From: Tubulanus polymorphus
Lineage: Eukaryota; Animalia; Nemertea
NCBI RefSeq assembly: GCF_964204645.1
Contig: NC_134028.1
Coordinates: 20,025,245 to 20,089,244, forward strand
DNA: 64,000 bases
Direction of reading: 5' to 3'
Positions within the stretch are counted from its first letter, which is position 1, and every line of letters begins with the position of its first letter. The notes below the pieces were generated by a model. It worked only from the letters and a program-made list of their open reading frames with translations. It did not search any database and had not been told where the DNA came from. The translations under genes were made by a program, and so were the position numbers. Positions 35,301 through 50,300 of the stretch are shown here, one piece after another.

Positions 35301-38300
35301 ATCTTTATTTATCTAAGCATAATAAATTACATACAATTAATGTAAACATAATAATGGCAATCAATGCATAGAGATGTGATAACACTTCATCACAAAAGTA
35401 AAAAAAATGCAAAAAGTTCGAACCCACGTGAGAATATACTATGGTGAATGTACTACGGTACCTTAATCGGTTGTTGAAGCATGATGGACTGGATGAGAGA
35501 AACTCCAAATGATGCAATCCACTCCTTAGAGCCTGATAACCCGAGGTCTTTGGAGAACATGTTCGCGAAATAGAAGCTCACTGCCACGGCAATAAATGCA
35601 AGCGTATGGCCGACAATCACACACCACCACGGCAAAACCACTTTCTTCTTCTTCTTTTTCTGGTCGTCTTTTTTCGGTGATTCTGGTATTTTCCCGTAGC
35701 CCGATGCGTCCGTGTAGCTGATTTTCTGACTGGTTTGGGAGTTGTTCCAAGGTCGTCGCGATGGTGTCGCGGATTTTCTCTCGCCTGAACCGTAAATAAG
35801 TACAAATGATTAGTAAGATAAGTAGCTAAATTCCAGTCAAAACGGGCTTGATTTAGGCATTTACGTGCCTGTATCCAGATACTCTTTTTCGTTTTGCAAC
35901 TCTATTTCCATCGCCTCCGAAGCCTGGTCCGACTTCATTTCGCTGTATTTCGAGTCGCACACGCGTTTTTTGCGACAACATTTGCCACAGGCGTTCGGTG
36001 GCCAGGGACCGGACATCCTGAACAGCAGCACGATAAACACATTCACCGGTACGATTATCAACGACGCCAGGATAGAAACGACCAGTTGCTCGAGCGTAAA
36101 CTTGATCGGCCCGATGACAATTTGCGTGACGTTTTGCCGCATCGCCATCGCCTTGTAGAAGGTCAAACTGGCCATCATCGACACGTAGACGAGGGTTAAA
36201 CAACACGTCAATCTCTGAACGCGGGTGAAGTTGCTTTTCGGAGGTCTTTTAAAAACCGATAACCAAATATGCCCGTCGGAGAGGTCTTTGCGAGTTTTCG
36301 ACCAGAATAGAAAGTTGAAGGCTTTCATCTCGATGTCTCCCGCTAGGGGAATTATTCTGTCGATCTGAAAAAACGCATCGACATATCTCAAGTAGACGAT
36401 TGGTTCATTAATGCTAGTGGTCCATTAAGGCCTACTAGTTTTTAACGTTATTACGTAGGTAGTAAATCATTAATTAAAAACGTTTATATTAACCATAACT
36501 TGCAAGGTCTGGCCCATTGCTAATTCTATCCGTACTGTTCACGTTTCAAAAAGCAATCTACGTATATTTCGGATCATTTATTGCTTATCAGTGCTTATTT
36601 GATGAGAACTATTCCAGCAAAGAACATGTTTTGGTTATATCAGTATTTACAATGCTTAGGCAAAACAATACATAAGGTCCCAGTGGAAAAGAAGGAATTG
36701 GAATGACACTCACCAAACCGTCTTCTTGTTCTACGGCCAACCATTTGTCACAAATGAACAGATATCTATCCAGAGTTTGAATATCGGTTACTTGCATCTG
36801 GTTGAAAAACCAAGACGGATTCTTGCCACCATTATCGTGCCAAATACTGAATGATACATTTCAAAATTAACTTTCTATCATTAAGATTAAATTAAGAGAA
36901 ACTAAATAAGACAGTATGGTATCGAAGATTTACACTTGACAGTAAGAAATACGTATTAGTTCTCCTAATTCAGATGTTGATAGAATTTCATTTAGAAATG
37001 TTTTAATGTATTAGTCAACGTATTACCGTAAATGCGCTAAGTTTCCCAGCGGTTTCGGCACTACCATAATGAACGAATTAACATCGCCTTTTTGAAGAAC
37101 CTTCCTTTTCTCATCCATTAAAACTCTGGGACCCGTATCACCATCTTCACCGGTCAATACAAACGATACTTGAGCTGTCGTACCTGAAAATATAAACACA
37201 TGAGGACACGCAGGAAACACGTACGTAAGTCAGGTGATAGATCTAAGGAACTTTCAAAGGGAATACGAGTTGGATTTCGTTCACAATACCGGCTTCTTTC
37301 GCTTCTCCTGTAGTTACGAGTATTTCATAAATGTATTTATCTCGGGGATCGTTATCCGGCAGCGGCGTGGAACCAGCCTATCGAAAAATAGGTATAATGA
37401 TGTTAATACTATCCATTGATAATTCGTTAAAAAGCATTTTTACACAACATCATCTACAAATGTAAAACTATGCGTCAGTAACACAGTGAAGGGTTAGATA
37501 CGACCATCAAGGCCATGTTGTCTCAAATACTCAAATAACATTTTTAGAGATTTTGACAGACATTTTTAGGGTTTTGACTGTGCAACTATCGGTCCAGAAC
37601 ATATCTTGTTATTGTAAATTTCTGAAACCTTACCCTTACGAGATCTTTTCTGTCGGCTTTAACAGCCCAGATCAGTAGAATTAAGTATAAACATAGTAGA
37701 GACACCATCGTACCGAACACCACTGGATTGTCGTTAGGATTGAGAAATCCGCCGCTAAAATCTATTTTCGGTAGAGGAATCGTAAAAGACGACCCGAACG
37801 TCGTCAAATGTGTGCATTTACACTGCGTGCTATCACTAGTAGTTAGGTCACCAACCTGTGGTAGAACATAGATACGATTAGCGCCAGAGATTTCAAACTA
37901 CAGCCAACCCCCGGTATACCGGCCACATCGGTTCAGAACGATTTTGACTATATGGAGAGTGAATGGCGGTATATCGGGGTGTTTTACAATGTATTTGTAT
38001 TGAGATGTACATTGGCGGTAGGTGGGGGCGGCGGTAAATGGGAGGGTTATTAAATTTGACTGGTGGCCAGCGCCTCGAGTCAAGAACGAAAGAATACTTC
38101 AAGTGGATTTTACTCAAAACAAAGGAGGGCGGCCAGTCAAAACTAGATATTGATTATGACTAGGATCCAGAATGAATTTTGACCTCAGGGAGCTTCCTCA
38201 AAAATCGTATTCCACGTCAGATGAAGTAAGAGGGGTTTCCAAGAGGATATTTTACCGTGCAGCCAGCATTCGACCATTCTTCGGTCTTTGTATTCCAGTA

Positions 38301-41300
38301 CAAGCAATCAGCAGTGAAAAATGATGCATTGTACATAGCCTCCTTGTAATCATCGACAGTTGCATTGGCAGGATCTGCAAACGAATCGTAGACGGTATCT
38401 TGAAGAATTCGGAATAAATTTTCAAGAAATGCATGTTTGCGTCATAGAATCGGGCATCTAACCTATAGTTCCATTCAAAGCCTTGATGCCAACATAAACT
38501 GGTTTATCGGTTCTGCAAAAAAAGTCGTTCAGTATGATATGCAGGTTAAAATATCTGATTAAATCGAAAACTTACTCGCGCAAAGAATGACTTGAAATAT
38601 TTTGGATTAAAACTGTTAAGCTTATGCAGAACAATCAAAACTTGGTGTCAATACATCGTTTACCCATTTAGAATGTTGTGGAACAAGCATGTATTCAGAT
38701 CCCTTTCTGCTGCTGTAGAGCCATTCACATCAGTTTCAGCATGAAAGGGCAGCGTGCAGTTGAAATCATGTTTAGAAACAGTTGGACGTGAACCGACTTT
38801 GACGAAAACGACGAATCTCGTTATATTCTCCGAAAGAACAAAACCACCAGGAGGATCTTTAACAAAATTGAGAAACAATTCAGAAATGTGTATTCACACG
38901 CTTACTACGTGACCTGAAATGTTTAAGTCTAATGATATCGGTTGCACCATTGACAAAGTTCATGTTCTTCGATATCATAATCTTTCATCCATGAATTCAA
39001 ATCAACGCTTTAAAAAAACTTTCGCTGACAACAACCGTAATTACAAATCAAGTTAACTCCGACCGTTCGTAGATTGTGTAGATGATGACAATAAAAAGGA
39101 GTGTGAGTACCTTTCATCGGGGCTGTTGTAGTAACATTAATTTTTGGATTTATCGACGGAGTTGAATTTGTCAGTGAAGTCACAGTTGCAGATGTCCCAG
39201 TGACAATAGTTTTGGTATTGGTAATACCGGCAGTTGTTGCGCCGAAAGTGGTAACATTGGTTACATCAGTTACATTGAATGAAGTAGTGTCCAATGTCTG
39301 GTCTGGAGTCTTAAAAATCTTGGAATTTGGTAAAGTAGTTCGGGGAGTACTACTGGAAGTTGCAGCGCTCGGAGAAGTAACGCTGGAACTCGAGGATGTA
39401 ACCGTATTTGAAGTCGTGCTATTTGAAATTGAAGACAACTTTGTAGTTGGGGCTTGCTGCGTGTTGTTGTTGGTAGTCGATTCTGTTGTGCCGTTGACGA
39501 GGTCCGTGGCGTTTTCACTTAATACAACTTTAATGCCGAGCGTTGCGTCAAGTGGTACCGTTATAGTATGGATCAGCATTTCCTCATTAGGCTTCGTCGA
39601 TTCTACAACACTTATATCTGGAATCTAAGTACATTCAAAAAAAAACATGATAAAGTGCAATATCTGATATTACTAATTAACATTATCAACAGTTTCTTTG
39701 CTACGATATTTACGCCGTTTCTTTTCCTTTCGATAACTAGTACGATCGGGTCTGGCAGACCGCCAACGATCATCGGGTCACCGGTTTCATTTCTCATATC
39801 TAACGACAGTAGTCCTGACGTCACTTCCTTGGGTTTGGTTGCCGCGTTGTTACCGGTGTTGTTCGAAAACGTATAAATGTTTGAACTGATTGAAAGACAC
39901 TTAAATACGAAGAACACGAAAACGTGTTAACATACATTTTTGATATCCGACAAAATATAGGAGAAATTGTATACTTAGAGCTTTTGATGTTCCACTAATA
40001 CGAACCTTTGACTCTACAAAGTAAGTCGTGTCATTCCCTTCTCCGACTATCAACGAAGGGTTAGGCAAATCTATTTTATCCTTCGAGTTTTTCCTGCCAG
40101 GCGTGATAGGTTCTAAATTGCAAAAAGAAACTCAATTAGTCGATTCAAATAGTAATAAATCGAACATTTTGATATTACGTACTTTTGGATAGCTCTCCAG
40201 AAAACCTCTTTTCCAGACTCATACTCATTGATGCCGTTGTCATAACGCTTGGCTCGTCGCCGGGAACTTTTCGTTGCATCACAATCATAACCATACAAGA
40301 TTTAACTAATGTGTCCAAATCCAGAATATACTGTTTAGCCTAAAACGATCATAACAACATAAACATGTCTATTCGAAAGTCGCGTCATGCAAAATATTAG
40401 TTGAACAAACGATTGATTTTTATAACGGTATCTGTTTAGTCATTTGTGTATAAACCTCATATTGTCTTCTAACCCCTAGCAAAATGTTGGCCATACGTAC
40501 ATGTATATCCTATTGTCTTGTAACCGAATTTGCATTATAGCCTTTTGAGGCTATATGTACTGGATAGTCAAAACGTGTGGCTTTATCTCACATTTAAACC
40601 TTCGCAGAAATTACATGCGTTTTTTTAGATGCGTTGGACTTTCGCGCTTTACCATCATCGTAAGAAATGAATCTTTGAACGACCGCGTTGGAAGGCTTAT
40701 CGACGGCGTTCAACAGTGTCAATGAATACTTTTGACTCAGCCGTTAAAACAGTTAATTACATACCGTATTTACAACATCATCCAGTTTTAGCATTTCTTT
40801 CTGTAATTCAGCCGGAGACAAAGTTCTTGTTGGAGGAGTATTTTGTTGTTTACTATTCGGATTCAACATCGATTCATACATGGCAATTTCTTTTTGCGCA
40901 TTTTTGCTGACCTCTCCAGCACCAATAGCCGCATTTCCTAAATTGAATAGACCCATTATACTAAGATAAATCTTCGAAACCTTAGATCAGAGAAAAGAAA
41001 CAAAAGCCAATTAAGAACTTGAATTCGATCGCAGACCCGTGGCCCAAGAGCTGCTTCCACACTCGCAGTTCAAATTTGAATCAAGCATTAATTTTTGTCG
41101 TCGTATCAGAAATGATGATCATTTGGTTAATAGGGTCTGGTCGCTTGAAGCCAGTAGTAAACTGATATGAGTTTTACGTTTGAGTTGAATACAATCGGAA
41201 AGGAATAATGTTCAGTATAGTTTATAGTGTACAATCTTAGAAATAACCTACCGACCACTTCCAGTAAAAACCTGCTAACGCTCTCAATGTCTTCGGCGGA

Positions 41301-44300
41301 ACTTTCAACTTGACCCGCGCGTTGAATTGACATATGACAGTAATCCGTCAGTATTGCGTAAAGCAATTCCTATTTGACATCAAAAGAAGATGGAAAACTT
41401 ATAAGTAAACTGGAACTGTTTTCTGTAGACCTTATTTAGTGACGCAAGCATAATGGGTATTAAAGGGGTTCACTGAATTTCGACCCGCGAGATTCTTTTT
41501 TCGATTACTTTTACTCGCCAACCAACTTCTCTTGAAAATAAACTATATATATATAACCAAACTTGATGAAACCTTTCAGTGCGTCTACACCGCAGTGCGG
41601 GGTATAAATCGATAATGGACTTTGTTAGTACGCCGCACTGGCTACCGCACTAGAAGGTATTGATTAGTCAGCACCGAAAGGGTTTCAATTAGATAAAATC
41701 GTTTCGTTACAACTTACAATCGTTTTAATGGATAACTCGTCATGACGCGCTGTTACTACACCTAACGCTGAAGCTAGCTGGTTCAAAACGCCGATAGTAG
41801 GAGGCGTTATTGCTGTATATTCGCCCACAACTAATTCACGATACTGAAAAATAAATCATGCGTCATCGGAGTGAGACCGATGCCAAATTTTTGGTATTTA
41901 TCAAGTTGTCAGTTGGGACAAGTCCAAGAACATTTTCAAATCCTCGTCGGAGTTGTTAGTATCAGTCGTCCAAACCGTGCTCATTAATTGGGCTTAGATC
42001 AGCCCAGTAATGTCGGGTCAAATGTCAACCCCGAACAAAGGGTTTACTTGATTTGGTAGGACGGGATATGGTTACGGATGATACCGGTATTGAAATCCTC
42101 AATGGATTACCACTGGATTACCTTTTCTCTCACTTTTTGTCTGGCAAGAAGGGATTCGTTCCTCGGTGGTATATTCGCTGCATCAAACGTTTGGTTCAGC
42201 GAATTCAAATCTGTTTATGTAAAATAAACAAGAAACGAATAACAGATCTCCAATCCCTTATTATCAAAATGAATTTCATAATTCCAGTCGTATAAACGAT
42301 ATGAATGCTGCTAAAGATTCAACAGAAGAAAAACAAATGGCTCAAAACCTCCATATCCAACCGTGTCAATGTCGTGTTAGAATTTGAGGACACCCTAAAA
42401 CTAATGCGATCCGTTTAATATTTAATAGGCTTTATGTGCCATCGTGTAAAGAATGCTTACAATCGTTGAACTGTGCATCATCACTGGCCGCTTCGTTATT
42501 CAGATAGCCGCCGTATAATCCAATGAACTGAGCGAATCCTGCAAGATTAGCTGCCGCCAATTGATCCTGAATCTTCGCTTCAACCACTGACCACTTAGAC
42601 AGAGTATTGGCGATAGTTTTAGGCGTAGGTGGCAGCACCTGTAAAAGTATTAGGTGGTTTATATTGCTGGACTTACGAAAGCGCGGCTTTAAGATTTAGA
42701 AAACAACGTTGAAGTGGAATATATAAGAATTGCTATAATGCAGACCATGCCCGTGCAATCACATGCTGTCTTAAATTGTTACTAAGACACAAGCTATACA
42801 CACGACCAAGCCACGTCGTATAGCTATTTTAACTAAATTACTAAATAGTTTTAAAATCAATTAAATCCAAATATACATTTAAAATTGTTTTGCTTTTCCG
42901 GGATTTTCAATGGAACGAATGGCCAATCATGACGTACAATGAACGTGTGATGACGTCATGTACAAACGATCTGTTTTCACCAACAAATCAGGTTTTTTAT
43001 TTCATAAAAATCACGACGTACTTTGACTGAAAGGAACATATCAGTAAGGGCACCCAGCCGGTCTAAACAACGCAATGTCACATTTAAGTGATAGTCATTA
43101 GACACTAAACCTGTCGGTAACATTGAGGGTTTTTCCATCGTCGCGTTGTTGCCTGAAATTGAATTGAAAACCTAAGTAAAATTACACTCCGAAATTACAA
43201 TCTTAAAATCGTATGATAGATCTACAATACAATAACAGTCAGTATAATTGTCGGGATTGTAAATGATACTTGATTTTCAATTGTTTCTAATTCAAAAGAA
43301 AAATGTATTTTCGTGATGATTGCTACGACGCAGCCATTATTTGACGTTTATATTGCTTGAACAATGTCGGTCATCAGCTTAAGTAACCACTGTCATTATA
43401 TCAGAAGAATCTTTTTCGTGGAAAAAGTGTTTTAAATATCATATCTCACCGTCGTAAATCCAAATGGGATCATCTGTAGGCTTTACCCTGTAAGCGATCT
43501 TGTACCGAAGTGGACCGTCCTGATCGCTACAATCCTTACTACAGAAAACGTTAAACTCTGTACCGATTGCCGTTCCTTCAGGCGGATCCACACCGCAAAT
43601 CCCTTCCTTCGGAGTATCGTTTATCTCGAACGGCAGACTGGCCTTTCCTATCGATGCAAAGAAAAACTAACAGGATCCGTTTTGAAGTTATATCTGAGGT
43701 CAACTAAGTTATCAGTTAAGATTCTCATGTTTGGAGTTGAAAATGACGTATTAAACCTCGTATAAATTTCCAATCACATGAACCAAACGTCCGCCGACTA
43801 GTTTGCTATCTCTTCCTAGGGCCTTCTAGACCGAAGATACTAGCGGTCCAAGATTTCAATACAGACACCATTTCAAAAGGGCACAAGCAGATGCAAAAAA
43901 GGAACATTTAGGCCCTAAGAGAAAGACGTAGCTCTCTTAAACTGATTTTGTTTTCTGATGAAGCTAGTGTGCAGTAGTGAATATCAGTATTTTGACGCTT
44001 CGGGAAATTAAATATTGACAGAGTCATTCATTTGGAAACCATGATCATGCTGTTTTGGCGCCCTCTCATCATAGGTTATATGCCAGAAACTGACCTGAAG
44101 ACAAAACCACAAATATCCATTCAGCCAAGCCGAATTAAAGTAAGATAGACACGATGATTTTATACCTTTGATTTTCGGGTTTGCTGTCCTCCACGACTGC
44201 ACTAATAGCGCGTATCTCGCATCTTGATCGGTTCTCAAATTGTTGAAATAGCCATCTACAGCTGGGTATATAGAAATGTAATCATGCGTGATACCAGTGG

Positions 44301-47300
44301 GCACTGATTTCGCCCAATCGTTTAGCGCAATTGTTTGGAAAAGGATTGTGTGACCTTGGATTTTCACTTTTCTCAAAGTCCAGCTAAAATGCGATTTTTC
44401 ATGTCAACATATATCCCACACGTATATGTACGTGAAAAATCCCACAATAATTCAGCCAAATATCTAAAGCGATTAGCAAAACTCCTTCCGAATTGGTTCA
44501 GACGTACTGATGATTGCGAATAGTCTTTAGCCCAAACGTTGCTCAAATTGAGGGAAATTGTCCATCGAATGGTGGATAATTGTATTTACGCGACGAGAGA
44601 CTGAGGACCACTCACTGGCGCCATCTATCACTAAACCTTCACGTGCGCTCGCAGCTGTTCAATAGCCAATCGGATACCTTGCGCCTTAGTCTCTGCAGAG
44701 CTGCGTCATGATAGGTAGACGTGTTTTGAGCATTCGTTCTCGCGAAAATCCATCTTAGTCGTCGCATTTTACTTTGTTGGCGCCGACGAAGTAGGGGCCA
44801 CTGTCATTTATCATGTGCGCTGTAACAACACAACTGTAATATACACTTCCATTCTAGAACTTATGACCTTTGGCTGAATTTATTATGGGATTTCTCCCGC
44901 ATATTTATCTTATACGGATGTTGTGTATCTTCACGCCTTATCCAGTTTGTTACCTATTACTTCGGATTATCTGGAAAACATCGAATGATTTGATTATCAT
45001 TACCTATGATTGGAGAAGGGTCGTATAAACTTACTCGAAACCGAAATCGCGAAGCCCCGGGAAATTTGTGATGGTCGTTCCTATTGAAAATCGGCTGCTG
45101 GGATTCATTTTAGTTTGACAGTTCGTAACACATCTAAAAACAAAAACGATTACCAAAATTTACGCAAAGGTTTTGCAGAAATTACCGAAAATGTGTCTTG
45201 AAGTTTTTTTTTAGAAACGTCATCGATTCCGTATAGTTTACATGAGTGCTATCGAGGCCGTTTTTAGTTACTCGGAGTATGGATTTTTTTCAAAAAAGTG
45301 GGAGAACGAAGGGAAAAAATAAAAATGAGCTATTTTGGACGTTTTAAAACGGAAGGGAACGGAAAATCGTATTCAAAATAAAATTATTGTTTGAGTATTT
45401 TCCACATAAAACCTCGGAAGGACTGCATAAAATAAGCAAAAAGTTGTATTGAATTTGAATCAAATGTCGGAAGAAATAAATTTTTTCAAATCACGAGATC
45501 TAGAAATTAAGATGAATATAACTTTAGTAGATATATAATTACAAAACAACAAATAGGATAAATTAAAGTATAATGAATTGAACAAAAGAAATCATGAATA
45601 CGATGAATTCGTAACTTGTGAAAGTTACTAGATTTAAAATCGAGGCTGATATGATGAAGCAATTATTTTGTTATTGAAAAAAAAATTAAAAAAAAAACCC
45701 TTGTAATGAAAGGTTTAAAGCCTATAAATGTTAGATTTAGCCGCGTACGCTTGGGGATCTACGGCGGACAAGGTAGACGTCCTACGAAGGGGACTTAACT
45801 GTATTCGTACTACAAAGATAACACTTACATCATTTTGATGTCAGGTGGGTCACCGTTAACCACTGATACTGACTGCTCAAAATACGCTGCTCTCAGGCCG
45901 CCCCAAAACGGGTCATATTTCAGTACCATGAGTTTCAACGTTAAGTTGAAAGCTTCGTTCCAGTTAGCGGTATCAACTACGAAGCTGGCCGTATCGATAC
46001 GTTTGCCTTTTGCGTCATACATTAAACCTGCAGTTGTAAAAAGGGAATTCTAACTGTTCGTAGATAAGATACCAGTTCCATCGGTTTTCAAGGGTCGAAA
46101 GGACCAAACACACTAGATGTTATGGCCAGGATGGATTTTTAGAGAGAATTCGTTTTTTGTTGTTGTTTTGGTGCGGGCGCCAAAACGGAGAACGGATTTC
46201 TTAAAAGGAAATTCGTCGTTTCTGCAGTTTTCATTATGAATTACAGTACACATTCATTCATTATGTACATACATTTTATATGTTCTAGATTCAATTCCTA
46301 CCTGGATATTGTATTTCATCTGCGTATTTGACACATCCGACGGTGGTGAGTGGTCTACTGGACTGGCTGGCGCTGGCCGCATCTAATAACGGAGTCAAAT
46401 CCCCTGGATTACACAACCTCCCTTCACTCATCACGTTAAAATACTGGTCATATGTGGCGAAAGTTTCGCAGTATTTTTTGCAATACCAATCGAATTTCAA
46501 CTTCGACATGTCTCTATCCGGATCGTCGGGATCGTAGGTAGAATCACCGACGGACACCGTCACGTTAGCGAACCATTTCATAGTTGTCTCGTAGCCGCCT
46601 TTGATGTTGACGACTAACGGCGTTCTTATTACGAAAATGTCACCAGACACAACCTTGAAAATACCCTGCTCTTCGTGCATGGATACGTTCAATTCCAGCC
46701 GATAGTTCCCGTACGAGAAAAACCGAGGCGCGAAGTAAATCATACGCAAACTAGAAGACGATAGTACAGTACCGTTCAACTCGTCTTCGGTCATCTCGAC
46801 GAACTCGCCGTTTTCCTGTTTGAAAATGGTCCAAGTGTAATTGGCGATTTTCGACGAAGTACAATTCAGAATCGGGACGGAATTTACGACGAGACTCTCC
46901 GATCGTAGCACGCCGAAGGCGCCTGGGTATCTTCGATAGTCCCCACAGTCAGGATATCGCATGTTCGCGCATACGTCCGGGATTTGAAGAGTGACATTCG
47001 GGGGATAACACGGCCCGCGGGTAACTACTAACGGGATCGGTAAAGTCCGACGACTAACGACGTTTACCGCGTCCAGTATAACGGAATAAAAAGCGGCCGT
47101 CATCATTTTCATTTTCGGCAACTGTATACCATTGCTATATTGACTGCGTTCATTGGCAGTGAAGAATTTCTTGCAATCAGGCGCTATAGCGGCTATTTTT
47201 GAACCGTGTTCGCCGCTTTGACAGGATGCGGCGTCGCCGTACATGTACTCCCGACAAGGCGTAGCAATTTTGAAATCTATATAATAGCAAGCTCCTTCGG

Positions 47301-50300
47301 CGTTATTTCCTAGTTTCAATGTCGCTGATATACTCGTATTCCTGATAACGATTGGGTCCACGATTAGATTAATATCGCCCACGGGATATCTCAGTTCGAT
47401 GGTTTGCACCGGTGCCGTGGCAGCATTCAATACGTTTGAGGCCGAGAGCTCCACCGCGATCGTCTGCGGAGTGTTGAACACGTGTTCACTCGATGTTAGA
47501 TTATTGTAGATGACGGCGTTGGTTTTTGCGCCGAATTTCCACGTTAAATGCATGTGCGAGCCCCAGTCGCGCGTGGCAACGCCATAGATTCCATAACTAG
47601 TCGGGTAGGCATTCGGTTTACCGTTTAACATCCAGCCACCGCGCAACTTGTCCGATCCAGGTATATAGGGATCGAGATACATGATCTTAAAGCCTAAGTT
47701 CACAATTTTTGCATATATGTTGGCCGTAATATTCAAAGATTTCTGCGAGACAGCGTTGGTGAGGTTTGCCCGAACTTGAAATGGATTACCGTTTTTATAA
47801 ACGTGTGGAATTTCTATCAAAACGCATCCACCAGCTACTGTGCACAATGAAGGGCTTAAACTCCTTCTTTTCCTTCGACCGAGCGCGGCGTTTTGGCCGA
47901 TCAATTCCGTTACATTTTCGCCGTCACCGAAATCAATCGCGCACGTTGAATTAGTCGGGAAAGGTTTATTTTCTGCCAGTTTCACTTGGAATTTTGCGTT
48001 GTAGGTGGCGCCTTGGGGTATTTCCTGGATCGGGGCGTTAGTTGTTGTAATGAAATGCAACCCCACGTGATCGATTGGGATTTGAATAACCATCGGGATG
48101 TTGTTCGTCGTTGATAACACACTGACGCTGTTTACCGCCGTCACGTTGACGAGAAACTGGCCATCCGTTTGAAAAGCGTGTTGCACTTGCTTGAGTTTGC
48201 CGACTTCGGCGTCAACCGTTTCGTTCAATCCGTCTTGAAATTCGAAAATCAATTTTACCCGTGATCCTCCCATAACCGTCGCTCCAAACTTGAGGTTTTT
48301 ACCGATTTTGGCGATATTAACTCCAAAATAGGCGGATTTGACGCTGTCTATCTTTATATCCGCCTCGACTCGATGTGTGTAGTTGAGGAAACTAACTAGA
48401 TTGGAAATATTCACGTGCACCAGGTAAGTTCCTGGCTCGTTAATGGTGAAGTTGATTCGACGGTCGTCGAGGGTGAAAGGTCCGTTGTCTGTTAGATTAT
48501 AATCGTCTACCCAAATTGCGAACATAGGATCCGTTGGGAACGGGATTCCAGCAGCAGCAATGAAGTTCGTCCCTACCATTCCTAAAATGGATGGGTGCAA
48601 ATGTCACCGTCAGATTCGTTAAGTTTCGTAAGATAGATACAATTGGAAAAAAACGGTCAACATTCCATAATTGGTTTGCACGAATTAGCAGTTTTGATAC
48701 ACTTCATTTAGATAGAAAATTTTTAAAAACACAAATCAATTCGGCTGAAACATTTACCTTTTAGAGGTATCAGCAAGTCAGTTTTTTTATCACGTTGCAA
48801 AACGAGCGGCGAATTCGACGAGAAATTGATCGCTCTCACCGGATGTTGGACGAGAACCGCGAATTCCCTGAACACGCTTCCGAGCGGATTTTTCAGCGTA
48901 GCTTTGATCGTAAAGTTGCCCGGATTAGAAAATCGATGCAACGTAGAGACGGTCGTATTGTCGCTAGATTGGAACCAGTCGTTTACCGACGGCGTCCCGT
49001 CTCCAAACTCGTATTGTGCAGTTACCCGGGTGGCTGTTACCGGCGCTACGGTAACATTCACATCCTCGGCCGTCGGAGCGAACGAACGGTCCACCGAAAG
49101 GACCTCCGTGTCCGTGAAAGGCACGTCGACTTCTATCATCGAAACGGCTGTTGAAACACTTATATCGTTGTAGACGGTCAAATTAAGTGTATAGTTGTGG
49201 ACGTTTTTCTGGCCCGGAATAACGATTTTTCCTTTGATGGTCGGCGTTGTTCGCAACAACGAAACATCGGCTATTGAAACGCCGTCGATAGTGGCGTTCA
49301 ATATCAATTCTGTCCCAGTCTTTGTCGTGAAAGTCAGCGTTCTCGACGTATCAACAGCCACGTATACTGGCGATTCCATCGTCAGTTTTCCAACAGGTGC
49401 CTGTACATATGCGGTGAAGTTTGCCACTTGCCAGCTGACCATGTTAGTCGCGTTTACCACTACAGTTCTGCTGCCAGGTGTTGCGTATGTATAAACCAGT
49501 GTTCCGCCCATTCCTATGATACATTGAGATATTACATATCATAATCCAGGAGCCCAGATCACTTTAGTAAGACGTTCGAATGCAACTGGTAGTGATGGGT
49601 GCCTATGAAAATTTTGTTTTAATCAGTTTTTACCCCTTGTTTGGCGGGTCCCATGAGGTAAATACAGGAGTCATGAAATGCCAGACTCTGGTTTTTACCA
49701 ATGGATCTTTGAAAGATTTGCCATGTACAATGGTTTCGGTCATTGGTAACCAGTTCGTCTATACGCTAAATGTTCTGCTGGGCTCCCGGACTGTTAACGC
49801 AAAGATGATTTGCTGATTCCGAGATCCGAGATCGAATCAAGCATTATCGTTTTGTAATTAATAATATCTTCATTGTCGGAGAGCCTATTAACTAATAAAT
49901 TTATGATATCTACCGTTATGACTTTGTTGCGATTCTTTAGTTCCAGGTTTGATCCTAACCGTTTTATCAGCTTCCATCGTCATTACGTATTCAACATCAG
50001 TACCTATATTTTGCCGAGCACAGATTGAGCACTCATTCCTTGATGTACTTAATTAAGATTTCAGGGATTTTTCACAAGAGATAAGTCAATAGTATATACC
50101 TTGAGAAATGTACCAGGCTACCTCAACGGAGTCGCCCAATTTGATGAATTGTTTACTTGCATTCACCGTCAACTGCAGAACCTCGTCTTGAATTATGATT
50201 TGTTTCTGAAAGGTAAAGATCACGTGACGATACTTTATTAGAGATATCCAATAAGATATATCACTGGGCCCGATTTTATAGACCGGTATTACCTTTAATT

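Noticed and set aside
39200-39628. Val-rich plus-strand ORF
   Set aside because: Antisense shadow of the Thr-rich PKD exon.
40113-40298. ORF with SSRRRAKR, an apparent second furin site
   Set aside because: Wrong frame; the spliced exon reads RKVPGDEPSVMTT (GAIN motif).
40652-40764. Apparent 36-nt micro-intron plus small exon in the PKD gene
   Set aside because: The phase-0 donor at 40764 joins in frame to the exon starting near 40339, so this stretch is intronic.
43955-43988. CTGATGAAGCTA...TAGTGAATATC, possible third hammerhead
   Set aside because: Core reads GAAT rather than GAAA, stem I is not formed and there is no TSD; at best a dead relic.
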